From positions 2,238 to 66,237 of the forward strand of contig JALQUF010000002.1 of assembly GCA_023263855.1 (NCBI GenBank): 64,000 nt of DNA, in the 5' to 3' direction. The DNA comes from Yoonia sp. (GTDB lineage Bacteria; Pseudomonadota; Alphaproteobacteria; Rhodobacterales; Rhodobacteraceae). Position 1 is the stretch's first letter; each line of letters opens with the position of its first letter. Below the pieces are notes generated by a model. It did no database searches. It saw only the letters and a list, made by a program, of their open reading frames with translations, and had not been told where the DNA came from. Shown one piece after another: positions 40,417 through 49,375 of this stretch. The translations under genes were made by a program, and so were the position numbers.

Positions 40417-41133
40417 TTATGTGCGGATGGCCTGAATGACGCTGCGAATGCGTTCATCTTCTTTGTCCAGAAAGCTTTGGCCCAACTCATAAGCGCGCTG
40501 CACCTCGATCATGCGGCTAACCTCAAGGATGGGGTTGACGTTTGACCCCTCCAGAAAGCCTTGCAACATGCGGCCATCCGGCGCTGCTTCAAAGCCGGCC
40601 CGGGGGTCAAACATCACACCACTTTCGCGGACCATTTGCGTCGGGTCGATAGGCACCACCAAGCCGATTTGCCCAATCGGTTGACCGCCCGCGCTGATCG
40701 TTCCATCGGGCCCGATGCCAATGGCACCCAGACCCTGAGGCACGAACACCGGTGCGCCGCCACCGTCTAACACGGCATGCCCATCGGCTGTGACAAGATC
40801 GCCATTTTCGTTCGGGCCAAAGGCGCCCGCCCGTGTCAGGCGCTGTCCGGCGGGTGTTTCGATCAGAAAGAAACCCTCTCCTTCGATGGCCAGATCAAAG
40901 GTGCCACCGGTCTGCGCCAAAGCGCCCTGTGTCATCACCGTATTGCGGACGTTTGCGGTGGCCATCGACAGCGAAGGCGCATCCGGTCCAACGGACTTGA
41001 TATGCTCAGCGAACAGGACACCCTCAGCACGGAACCCGGTGGTCGAGGCATTGGCGATATTATTCGCCAAAGACTGCATTTCACCCAGCAATCCTGACTG
41101 GCGGGTCAGAGCGGTGTAAGAGGCATTGTCCAT
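40417..41133 (-). CDS. flgF: Proximal rod protein FlgF
   Basis: ANNIANASTTGFR, LTRAGAF, LEGSNVNP, QRAYE. Confidence 0.9.
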   Translation of the reverse strand: MDNASYTALTRQSGLLGEMQSLANNIANASTTGFRAEGVLFAEHIKSVGPDAPSLSMATANVRNTVMTQGALAQTGGTFDLAIEGEGFFLIETPAGQRLTRAGAFGPNENGDLVTADGHAVLDGGGAPVFVPQGLGAIGIGPDGTISAGGQPIGQIGLVVPIDPTQMVRESGVMFDPRAGFEAAPDGRMLQGFLEGSNVNPILEVSRMIEVQRAYELGQSFLDKEDERIRSVIQAIRT

Positions 41134-41405
41134 CAATACCCCCCAGCGATGATCGGAACCAATGTGTCTTGGAAAAGCGCGACAAGTGTTTCCGACATAA
41201 AAGCCATCGAGACCCAGAATACACCGATGATGGCTGCCAGTTTTGGCACAAATGTCAGTGTCATTTCCTGAATCGATGTCAGGGCCTGAAACAATCCGAC
41301 AATCAGACCCGACGCCAAAGCGACCGACAGGATAGGAATTGAGATCACGAATGCGACCCAAAGCCCTTGTCGCAACGTGTCATAAAAAAGCGCTTCGGTC
41401 ATCAA
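41133..41405 (-). CDS. fliQ: Flagellar export protein FliQ
   Basis: GLFQALTSIQEMTLTFVPK. Confidence 0.95.
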   Translation of the reverse strand: MMTEALFYDTLRQGLWVAFVISIPILSVALASGLIVGLFQALTSIQEMTLTFVPKLAAIIGVFWVSMAFMSETLVALFQDTLVPIIAGGY

Positions 41406-41683
41406 ACGGGCATCCGCAGGATTTCCTGATACGCTTCGACCACGCGGTCACGCACAGTCACCGCCGTTTGCACGGCAAGTTCGGTTTGTGCCAAGGCTTC
41501 GACCAGCGCATGTGGGTCTGCCCCACTTGTCATTGCCTGTATCGCAGTGTTTTCGCTGGTTTGCAGCGTCGCCATAAAGCTGTTGGCAGTAGCGCCAAAG
41601 GCGCTTGAGGCGCTGTCAGGCTCGGGTGCGGTGACGGTTTTGCTCGCAGCATAATTTTGGGCAACAAGTGCACTGATATCCAT
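41402..41683 (-). CDS. fliE: Hook-basal body protein FliE
   Basis: VRDRVVEAYQEILRMPV. Confidence 0.93.
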   Translation of the reverse strand: MDISALVAQNYAASKTVTAPEPDSASSAFGATANSFMATLQTSENTAIQAMTSGADPHALVEALAQTELAVQTAVTVRDRVVEAYQEILRMPV

Positions 41684-41692
41684 GATCTTTCC

Positions 41693-42085
41693 TTATCTAC
41701 GCAATAGATCCATCAGGGCAGATGACATCTGCCGGACCTGGTCAAACATTTTGAGGTTGGCTTCGTAGCTGCGCTGGGCCTCTCGGGCGTCAGCGATTTC
41801 GATCAGCAGATTGACATTGGACCCGTCGTAATAACCGGTGTCATCGGCAAGCGGATGCGCGGGGTCGAAAACCTGCTTCAGTTCAGACTGGTCCAGCCGC
41901 AGGCGCCCGGCCTCAACTGCGCCCGTGGGTCGGCCAAGGTTCACTACCTCTTCAAAAGTGATCGCTTTACGCCGGTATCCGGGAGTGTCTGTGTTTGCGA
42001 TATTTTCAGACACGTGGCGCAGTCGGTTTGCCTGCGCCTTCATCCCGCTGGTCGCAACGGAAATGGCATCACTGAAATCAGTCAT
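41693..42085 (-). CDS. flgC: Rod protein FlgC
   Basis: ENIANTDTPGYRRK, DPAHPLAD, RSYEANL. Confidence 0.93.
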   Translation of the reverse strand: MTDFSDAISVATSGMKAQANRLRHVSENIANTDTPGYRRKAITFEEVVNLGRPTGAVEAGRLRLDQSELKQVFDPAHPLADDTGYYDGSNVNLLIEIADAREAQRSYEANLKMFDQVRQMSSALMDLLRR

Positions 42086-42094
42086 CTTGCCCCC

Positions 42095-42481
42095 TTAATT
42101 TCTGCCAAGGCTGGTGCGCAGCACGGTCATTGCGTGGCGATAAATTGTAAGCGCGCGGTTATGTTCGCGGCTTACCTCAACCCCGTGCAGCATTTCGTCC
42201 TCGATAGAGACGGTGTTGCCGTTTGGTGAAGGGTCTCCAACCGGTGATTGGTGCAGGTGAGAATTGGGGATGTCACTGTTCCTGACAACATGGCCGGGCC
42301 GGGTGACGCGCATCTGCGTGCTGGCACCTTCTGAGTAGACATCCTTGAAGGCGGCAATCGCCTGTGCCTGAAAGTTGGGTGTGTCTGCGTTCGCAATATT
42401 GCGCGCGACGACCGCTTGTCTGGTCCCTGCATGACGTGCCATTGCGCCTGCTGTCTGGAATAAATCCAAGGAATTATACAT
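42095..42481 (-). CDS. flgB: Rod protein FlgB
   Basis: RQAVVARNIANADTP, PNGNTVSIEDEM. Confidence 0.92.
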   Translation of the reverse strand: MYNSLDLFQTAGAMARHAGTRQAVVARNIANADTPNFQAQAIAAFKDVYSEGASTQMRVTRPGHVVRNSDIPNSHLHQSPVGDPSPNGNTVSIEDEMLHGVEVSREHNRALTIYRHAMTVLRTSLGRN

Positions 42482-42504
42482 CGGGGATTCTCCCTCGTTT
42501 GGTT

Positions 42505-42519
42505 TCAACGAAGGATTAA
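42505..42519. promoter_or_regulatory. CtrA-like box between divergent flgB and fliI
   Basis: TCAA-CGAAGGA-TTAA. Confidence 0.55.
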
Positions 42520-42567
42520 GGGTGATTCCTTAAAAAGAAGTGTGCGTCATTTGAATGGAACCCCCTT

Positions 42568-43920
42568 ATGCAAGAAAACCTGATCGACCAGATGCGTTTT
42601 GCGATTGAACAGTTGACCCATATTCATAAGGCGGGGCGCGTTGTCGCGGTCTCTGCCGGTACTGTGCACTGTGCTAGCGCAAAGGGTGATACGCGTGTTG
42701 GTGATCGCGCTATCATTCACGCGCGCGCAGGTCAGCGCATTGGCGAGGTGGTTCGGCTTGATCCCGCGGGCGCACATCTGCTGGTCGATGGTGCGACCGA
42801 TGGCGTGTCGATTGATGACCCCGTTGCATTTCGGCCCGCCCCGGTGTTTGCGCCAAGCGCAGACTGGATTGGTCGGGTTATTGATCCTGACGGCAATCCG
42901 CTTGATGGGTGGCCTTTGCTGCCGGGCGGGCAGGGGCGCGATATCAATGCACCGCCGCCCATTTCACATGATCGCCGCGGTTTGGGATCGCGGTTGGAAA
43001 CTGGGCTTGCGGTTTTCAATACCTTGCTGCCTTTGGTGCGTGGCCAGCGGATTGGCCTTTTTGCTGGGTCAGGCGTTGGTAAATCCACGCTTCTGGCTGA
43101 TCTGGCGCGGGGTGTTGAGGCCGATGTAATCGTCATTGCCCTTGTGGGTGAGCGCGGTCGCGAAGTGGGGCATTTTGTGCAGAATGTCCTGGGAGAAGAC
43201 GGTATGAAGCGCGCTGTCGTTGTGGCGGCAACGTCAGACACCGGCCCGCAGGTGCGCCACCGCTGTGCTCTTTCTGCCATGGCAGTAGCCGAGGCGTTCC
43301 GTGATGCGGGGCGCCACGTTCTCTTACTCATCGATTCGGTGACGCGGTTTTGTGAAGCACACCGCGAACTCGCCGTCGCGAGCGGTGAAAGCGCCAATTT
43401 GCGCGGCTACCCTGCATCGACGGGGCCAGCTATTGCACGCCTATGCGAACGCGCGGGGCCGGGTGGCGGCACTTCCGGCGATATCACAGCCGTTTTCTCG
43501 GTCCTAGTCGCGGGGTCGGATATGGAAGAGCCCGTCGCGGATATGCTGAGGGGTGTTCTGGATGGTCACATCGTTCTGGATCGTGAAATCGCCGAACGTG
43601 GGCGGTTCCCGGCAGTCGATGTTGTGCGATCTGTATCGCGTGCACTACCTGATGCTGCCAATGACAAAGAAAACGAAATCATTGCGAAGGCTCGTGCGCT
43701 TTTGGGGGCATACGGTCGTTCCGAAATGATCGTGCAAGCAGGTCTGTATACGGCGGGGTCTGATCCTATGCTTGATGCTGCAATAGCCGCAGCACCAGCG
43801 CTGGATGCGTTTCAGTCCATCAAAGATGCGCGCGGTACTCTGGCGCATTTTGCAAAATTGCGGCAAGCGATTGCAACATCCCCAATGCGGCCAGACCCCG
43901 CATCAGGCAATCCAGCCTAA
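42568..43920 (+). CDS. fliI: Flagellar export ATPase FliI
   Basis: GQRIGLFAGSGVGKS, GERGRE, DSVTRF, LDGHIVLDR. Confidence 0.95.
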   Translation: MQENLIDQMRFAIEQLTHIHKAGRVVAVSAGTVHCASAKGDTRVGDRAIIHARAGQRIGEVVRLDPAGAHLLVDGATDGVSIDDPVAFRPAPVFAPSADWIGRVIDPDGNPLDGWPLLPGGQGRDINAPPPISHDRRGLGSRLETGLAVFNTLLPLVRGQRIGLFAGSGVGKSTLLADLARGVEADVIVIALVGERGREVGHFVQNVLGEDGMKRAVVVAATSDTGPQVRHRCALSAMAVAEAFRDAGRHVLLLIDSVTRFCEAHRELAVASGESANLRGYPASTGPAIARLCERAGPGGGTSGDITAVFSVLVAGSDMEEPVADMLRGVLDGHIVLDREIAERGRFPAVDVVRSVSRALPDAANDKENEIIAKARALLGAYGRSEMIVQAGLYTAGSDPMLDAAIAAAPALDAFQSIKDARGTLAHFAKLRQAIATSPMRPDPASGNPA

Positions 43921-44723
43921 CCAATTGTCAGGTTTGTAGACTGTAAGAGCGTCAATGCGGTTGAACCGGCTGTCGTGGCGGAAAAACTATTGGCCTCTGA
44001 CCGGATCAGAAAAAGGCGGATCAGCTTTTCTTGTAGTTCGGGTGTGGCAATTTCCGCAAGGTCATCCGTTCCAAGACTAGATCGTGCGCGCTCTTGAAAG
44101 ATTTCGCGTTGTTTGTCGATGTCTATGCCTGCGATACTGTCTGGCAGCCCCAGTGCCGTTTGGAAAACTTGGCGCAAAGGGGCGTTTCCCATTGCGGAAA
44201 ACCAGCGTCCGTTGTTGGTGGTGTTGCGCGCGATAATGTCTGCAACGCCGGACTTCACGTTTGTGGCAAGGCGCAAATCATTGTTCTGTTCCCCGATTGC
44301 GCGCGCGAATTGTTGGCTTTCAAACCTGTCGACGATCTCGTCGGGAAAGCTAGCAATGAGAGTGCGCGGGATGGGGCTGTCGCCAAAACCAAAGGCACGA
44401 CTGAAATCGGCATATCGATTGTCAGCAAGGCGATTGGCAAGGGCATCTTGCGCTTGTGTGCCATCTTCAAGCACTTTTTGAATAAACGCGCGGTTGTTGA
44501 TGTCATCGTCCAGTCCGAAGGCACCAAGTGCGACCGACAAAAGCTGCCGGTCGTTCACCAAATCGCTGGCCGTGCGCACGTTTGCGATATTCGCGCGAAA
44601 ATAGTCGGTCGCACGTTGAACCGGCTGACTGTTGGCAAAAGCAACTTGCTGGGCGTCCGCCGTCCGGGTCAGAAACCGCCACCCACTGTAGCCGGTCACG
44701 GGCAAGACCGGTTGAAAGCTCAT
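43917..44723 (-). CDS. DUF1217-like flagellar protein
   Basis: GYSGWRFLTRT, LSVALGAFGL, KVLEDG..ALANRLAD, TALGLP; follows flbT. Confidence 0.75.
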   Translation of the reverse strand: MSFQPVLPVTGYSGWRFLTRTADAQQVAFANSQPVQRATDYFRANIANVRTASDLVNDRQLLSVALGAFGLDDDINNRAFIQKVLEDGTQAQDALANRLADNRYADFSRAFGFGDSPIPRTLIASFPDEIVDRFESQQFARAIGEQNNDLRLATNVKSGVADIIARNTTNNGRWFSAMGNAPLRQVFQTALGLPDSIAGIDIDKQREIFQERARSSLGTDDLAEIATPELQEKLIRLFLIRSEANSFSATTAGSTALTLLQSTNLTIG

Positions 44724-45124
44724 TGTGGCGCGCTCGCCAATAGTCGTGCTTCGCGCTGCAGTAGATTTCGGAGCGATTTTAGAGTCCTATAGAAATCGCG
44801 TTGGACCACTGCTTCGGTTGCGTTGTCCAGATGGATGCGGCTGTCGTCATCGCGCAACGCCTGACTAAGCTGTTCAATGCCACGCAGAATTTGATGCTTT
44901 GCGTCATCTTCTGTGACGTCCCCTGACAGTACCAATTGCGCAATATAGCAGACGCGCCGTACTGGCGTGTTCACCTCGTCCGGTCGGATTGCGTCGCGAA
45001 GGCGTAGAATATTTGCGTTGGGGGTCAGGATTGAAAGGCGGCTGCGGCGATCACCATTTTCGATCACAGCACCATTCACCAACACCCGTTCTCTCGGGTT
45101 CAGTTTGAGCACAAGGCCTGACAT
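44720..45124 (-). CDS. flbT: Flagellin post-transcriptional regulator FlbT
   Basis: LVLKLNPRERVLVNGAVIENGDRR, NTPVRRVCY. Confidence 0.93.
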   Translation of the reverse strand: MSGLVLKLNPRERVLVNGAVIENGDRRSRLSILTPNANILRLRDAIRPDEVNTPVRRVCYIAQLVLSGDVTEDDAKHQILRGIEQLSQALRDDDSRIHLDNATEAVVQRDFYRTLKSLRNLLQREARLLASAPQ

Positions 45125-45498
45125 TACGTGACCTCCTGACCATTTAGGCCCTTGAGCACTGCGATATTGATATCAATCAGGGCGCTCGTGTCAGCCTTGC
45201 CGCGTATAACAAGCTGGCTATGCTGGTCGGTAAATTCAGCGAGGTAAAAGATCTGCGCTCGCAACTGTTTGGGTAGCGCATTGCCCTTGTCCGCAACGTC
45301 AACAGCCATGGTTGTCCACATCTGCCTATTGTCATGGATGGCGGCAATGAGTTTTGGGAAGTCAGGTTTTGGCATCCTGCTCAACCGCTGAAGACGCGAT
45401 GTGATCTGACTGATGAGCTGTGCTTCGACCGACCGGGTCGTGCGTACCGCAACCTGGTTGGGGGCATAGGCTTGTCTGGCTTGTTGAATGACGTTCAC
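45124..45498 (-). CDS. flaF: Flagellar regulator FlaF
   Basis: AIHDNRQMW, NALPKQLRAQIFYLAEF, LIDINIAVLKGL; GTG start. Confidence 0.92.
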   Translation of the reverse strand: MNVIQQARQAYAPNQVAVRTTRSVEAQLISQITSRLQRLSRMPKPDFPKLIAAIHDNRQMWTTMAVDVADKGNALPKQLRAQIFYLAEFTDQHSQLVIRGKADTSALIDINIAVLKGLNGQEVT

Positions 45499-45557
45499 GC
45501 GTGGTCCTTTCCGGCGCAATGTGAAACGAGGCCCGATTTCATCGTAGCCGTGGAAAG

Positions 45558-45583
45558 GGTGGCGCCAAGGATTTGGCGCCACC
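45558..45583 (-). terminator. Strong hairpin between flagellin and flaF
   Basis: 11-bp perfect stem GGTGGCGCCAA/TTGGCGCCACC, 4-nt loop, only short U tract (CTTT) on minus strand. Confidence 0.6.
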
Positions 45584-45591
45584 GTCGATGT

Positions 45592-47145
45592 TTACCGGAA
45601 TAGTGACAGGATTGTCTGTGGTGCCTGGTTCGCGATCGACAAAGACTGAACACCCAACTGTTGCTGCACCTGAAGCGCCTGCAAACGTGCGGACGTTTCT
45701 TCCATGTCGGCATCGACCAATGCACCGATTCCAGACCGGAGCGAATCTGTCAGTTGCGAGATGAAGTCAGACTGTGTTTCGATCCGCCCTTGGCTTGAAC
45801 CAAATGCGGCTGCAGCATCGATTGTTGTGTCAATCATAGTTTCGATGTTTGCTATGGCTGCATCGACACCATCTTGTGTTGTCACATCCAACGTACCGAG
45901 TGCGACGAGACCACCTGTTGCTTCGCCGCCGGACGACCCTTCAACCGTCAGCGCCAGGTCAGCCCCGTCGTTGTCGAGTTGCAAGACCCATTCATTCGTC
46001 GTGCTATCTTGAACAACCCGCGTCGTGATGTTTTCAATGCCGGCGCCGTCAATCACTGATTTCAGACCGCGTGCAACATCTTCTGTCGTCTCGCCCTTAC
46101 CGGCAACATAGTCATAGGCAACGCCGCCGATCGATACGCGGTAACCGTCACCCTCTGCCACATTGGCTGTCGCACCGAAGGTCACGGTGGAAGCGCGCGC
46201 AGAAATTGTCTCACCGGTGAAACCTGCGCCCCCGGCACCTGCTACGCCCCCATTCACCGCAGCGGTTGCTGTGCCATCCGTGGTGCTGAAATTGACTTCA
46301 ACATCCTCGAATTGTGATGATGACGTGATCGTAATCGTTCCCGTGGCGTCTGTGGCGGAAATCCCTTCAATGCCCGCCGCATTCAGCGCGGCTGTCAGGC
46401 CAGCAGCGACTGATGTGGCTGTGTTGCCTGTCGCGGCCGAAGTGAATGTGACAGTCTCGCCAGCGACCTGCAAATTAAAGGTGTTTGAGGCCGCAGCTGT
46501 GGGAGAAGCAAGAGCCAGCGTGAAGGTGTTTCCGGAGTTTGAAAACTCACCGCCGCCAGCGCCAGCTGCGTTTGCCGCGCCGTCAGCCGCTGTTACATTG
46601 GGCGTCAAGTCGCCGCCGCCTGTGCCGTAGACACCCTTATCAGTGCTCAGGTCCTGCCGTGCGACCGTAATATTGCTGGATGTCACCTCGCCCGTACTGT
46701 CGCGATCCAGCGATGACAGAACGTTGACGTCATCCGTGCCCTTCAACAAGTTGAGGCCGTTGAACTGCGCGGCACCAACAACCGATGTGATCTGGTCACT
46801 CAGCGCATCGATGTCTGCCTGCAGCTTTGTGCGGTCGACATTTTCGCCCTGTGCCGCGACGATCTTTTCTTTCATGTCGGTCAAAAGATCGGTGACAGTT
46901 TCGGCGCCATTGCGCGCAACCGCGACCGACGATTCGCCCAGCGACAGGCTTTCAGAGATGGCTTTGAAGCCCTTTACATCCGACTCCATAACCTTGGAAA
47001 TTGCCCAAACTGCCGAATTATCTTTGGCAGAGGCGACTTCTTTACCGGTCGAGATCATCGACTGGGTTTTGGACAGGTCATTGTTGATGGATTTTAGTGT
47101 TTGCAGCGCAACCATGGCGCTGTTGTTGGTTAGAATACTGGACAT
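45592..47145 (-). CDS. fliC: Flagellin (517 aa, enlarged central region)
   Basis: MSSILTNNSAMVALQTL, AQFNGLNLL, LVDADMEETSARLQALQVQQQLG..SLSIAN. Confidence 0.95.
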   Translation of the reverse strand: MSSILTNNSAMVALQTLKSINNDLSKTQSMISTGKEVASAKDNSAVWAISKVMESDVKGFKAISESLSLGESSVAVARNGAETVTDLLTDMKEKIVAAQGENVDRTKLQADIDALSDQITSVVGAAQFNGLNLLKGTDDVNVLSSLDRDSTGEVTSSNITVARQDLSTDKGVYGTGGGDLTPNVTAADGAANAAGAGGGEFSNSGNTFTLALASPTAAASNTFNLQVAGETVTFTSAATGNTATSVAAGLTAALNAAGIEGISATDATGTITITSSSQFEDVEVNFSTTDGTATAAVNGGVAGAGGAGFTGETISARASTVTFGATANVAEGDGYRVSIGGVAYDYVAGKGETTEDVARGLKSVIDGAGIENITTRVVQDSTTNEWVLQLDNDGADLALTVEGSSGGEATGGLVALGTLDVTTQDGVDAAIANIETMIDTTIDAAAAFGSSQGRIETQSDFISQLTDSLRSGIGALVDADMEETSARLQALQVQQQLGVQSLSIANQAPQTILSLFR

Positions 47146-47297
47146 AGAACATGGCCCTTTGTGTATGGCGCTTTGCACCGGGTTGGTTGGAAAACCCGCA
47201 GATTTTCTGCGGTCTGAAACGTCATTCTGACAAAGACTACCGATCATAATGAATCGGCGCGCCGTTTTGGCGATGCTCAGAGATAACCAACTCAGGC

Positions 47298-47312
47298 TGA
47301 ACAACCTGTTAA
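47298..47312. promoter_or_regulatory. CtrA-like box upstream of flagellin
   Basis: Minus strand TTAA-CAGGTTG-TTCA. Confidence 0.6.
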
Positions 47313-47347
47313 GTGTGCCGTTCGTAATGCAGCAAATTTTATCGAAC

Positions 47348-47689
47348 TTACGCCTTTTTTTCCAAATGATGCGTGTGCTTTTGAATTAGCTCTACCCGGC
47401 CGGAATGATCGTAAACACTCAGATTATTCTGCACATTATAAAGCGCTTGCAGGCGGTCGCCTGCTGCTGCGACACCCTTGATTGCAGCGCTGAGCAGCGT
47501 TTGGTTTTGATCCATTTTTTGGCGGATAGGTCGCAATTCTGCCTGGCCTGGTGGCGACTTTTGCAATTGTTCCAATAGGTCTTGTTTTTGCTGTAGAAGA
47601 CCGCCCAGTCGTGCAAAATCTGCCGATATAAGCGCCTGCCTTTCAAGGTCGAGCGCGCGATGAAGCTGGGTGATCACAGAATCAGGCAA
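47348..47689 (-). CDS. FlgN-like export chaperone
   Basis: LDLERQAL, NQTLLSAAIKGV, VYDHSG; follows rod-binding protein. Confidence 0.7.
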   Translation of the reverse strand: MPDSVITQLHRALDLERQALISADFARLGGLLQQKQDLLEQLQKSPPGQAELRPIRQKMDQNQTLLSAAIKGVAAAGDRLQALYNVQNNLSVYDHSGRVELIQKHTHHLEKKA

Positions 47690-47975
47690 GGCTGCGCACC
47701 TTCATGGCTTCAAAGAGGGCTTCAGCGAGCCCTATTCCGCCAGCTTTCACCATCTCTTCGGCCTGTGCGTCACGTAGGAATGACGAAAAATGTTCTTCAC
47801 CTTCGCCGCCACCAAAGGCGTCTCTGGGTGCGCCAACGCCTGCAGATTTCAGCATTTCTGCAAGGAATGTTGCCTCCATTTTTTGTGCGGCGTCACGTAG
47901 TTTTGCATCCGTTTGCACGTAGTCTGGCAAAGGGGCGACTGGCCGTGGCGCGGGCAGGTCAGGGATCATGGTCAT
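47682..47975 (-). CDS. flgJ: Rod-binding protein (single-domain FlgJ)
   Basis: LRDAAQKMEATFLAEMLK, GGGEGEE.F, GGIGLAE; no muramidase domain. Confidence 0.82.
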   Translation of the reverse strand: MTMIPDLPAPRPVAPLPDYVQTDAKLRDAAQKMEATFLAEMLKSAGVGAPRDAFGGGEGEEHFSSFLRDAQAEEMVKAGGIGLAEALFEAMKVRSLA

Positions 47976-48079
47976 CGGGTTCTCCGTTTTGTGTTCCCCA
48001 AGTTTGAAGGACAGTCCTAAACATTCAGTAAGTTTTTTGCGTCACACATTGGATTGAAACAGATGGCACCGGAGAACCG

Positions 48080-49366
48080 ATGATTCCTTTGATACAGTCA
48101 GAACCGGGAACGGCCGCCGGGCAACCTGCCGCACGGGCGGATGTTCCCCGCGACCGTGCGGCAGGAATTGCATTTGGTGACTTGATGGAAGGCCCTGAGA
48201 TCCCTTTGGAAACCGTGGTAGCCGACACAGACGTGGCGGTAGATGTGGACTTGGTAGAGAAAGATGCCGCGACATCGGATTCATTGCCCATGCCTATAGC
48301 GCCCGAGGGCCCTGTAGACGCGGTAAAGGTGACAGGATCGTTGGTCTTTGATGGGCCAAAAGGCGCAAGCACGGATGTTGATGGTGCGATGACGCTGCCT
48401 GATGAAACTGACGCAGGTCGCCGGACCCGGCAGGTGATTGTACTTGAAGGTGGATCGCGTGACCAAGACGCGAGAATGACCGGACAGGCCGATGTGCCTA
48501 GAGATGACAGTAAAACGCAGCGCAGTTCGGTTGCGCAATCCCTTGTCGAAGGCCGTCTGCCGCAGTCAGCCATACCAGAGGCCCAACAAAAACGGACTGC
48601 TCTGACGGGCAGGAACCAACCGGTCGCTGATGCTGCCGCGCCGCTCTCTGCGGCCCTGCCCGACGCCGATCATACGCGAATGCCCATCTTTGAACAGAAA
48701 ACTGGTCCCAAGATGCAAGCCGGGGTGATCCCGGATGAGAATCCCCGCCCCAGCAAAGATGAGGCACCGCGCCTTGCTACGGCCAAGTCAGCGCCGCCAA
48801 TCCCGGCGGTTGTTCAGCCACCGGCGGTTGCGCTGGCGCAGGTTGCCACCCAGCTGCAGGACAAGACCGTCGAACCGCCCCTGAAAGTGGCTGAGGGAGA
48901 GGTGACAATCGCGTCAGCGCCGGTGGAGCGCCATGGACCCACTGCTGTCAGTCAGGTCGCAGTAACGTCCGCCGGGTCGCCAGAAACCGCGCGACATGTT
49001 GCAACGCAAATTGCGGTGGCGATTACCAATAACGCCGGTAAATCGACAGAGATTGCCCTGAATCCGGAAGAATTGGGGCGGGTGCGGCTCAGCCTTTCGG
49101 CCAACGACGGCGCCATCACGTTGAACGTCGTCGCGGAACGACCGGAAACACAAGATCTGTTGCGCAGGCATATGGATCTATTGGCGCAGGAATTCCGCCA
49201 GCTTGGATACACGTCAATTTCGTTCTCATTCGGAGAGCAAAATGGCGCGGCGTATTCAGACAGTCAGCAACCAGATGAAGTTGCTGACATAGACCTGCCA
49301 GAGGTCGAAGACGCGGTAAGAATATCGCCGGAACCAACGCATTCTGGCCTTGATCTGCGCATTTAA
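48080..49366 (+). CDS. fliK: Hook-length control protein FliK
   Basis: Low-complexity N-terminus, LNPEELGRVRL, AERPET..LLRRH, GLDLRI. Confidence 0.9.
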   Translation: MIPLIQSEPGTAAGQPAARADVPRDRAAGIAFGDLMEGPEIPLETVVADTDVAVDVDLVEKDAATSDSLPMPIAPEGPVDAVKVTGSLVFDGPKGASTDVDGAMTLPDETDAGRRTRQVIVLEGGSRDQDARMTGQADVPRDDSKTQRSSVAQSLVEGRLPQSAIPEAQQKRTALTGRNQPVADAAAPLSAALPDADHTRMPIFEQKTGPKMQAGVIPDENPRPSKDEAPRLATAKSAPPIPAVVQPPAVALAQVATQLQDKTVEPPLKVAEGEVTIASAPVERHGPTAVSQVAVTSAGSPETARHVATQIAVAITNNAGKSTEIALNPEELGRVRLSLSANDGAITLNVVAERPETQDLLRRHMDLLAQEFRQLGYTSISFSFGEQNGAAYSDSQQPDEVADIDLPEVEDAVRISPEPTHSGLDLRI

Positions 49367-49375
49367 GGAGCAAAT

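Noticed and set aside
40417-41361. N-terminal extensions of flgF, fliN, flagellin, gloB and flhB in the ORF track
   Set aside because: Extensions overlap upstream genes or leaders; downstream starts match family N-termini
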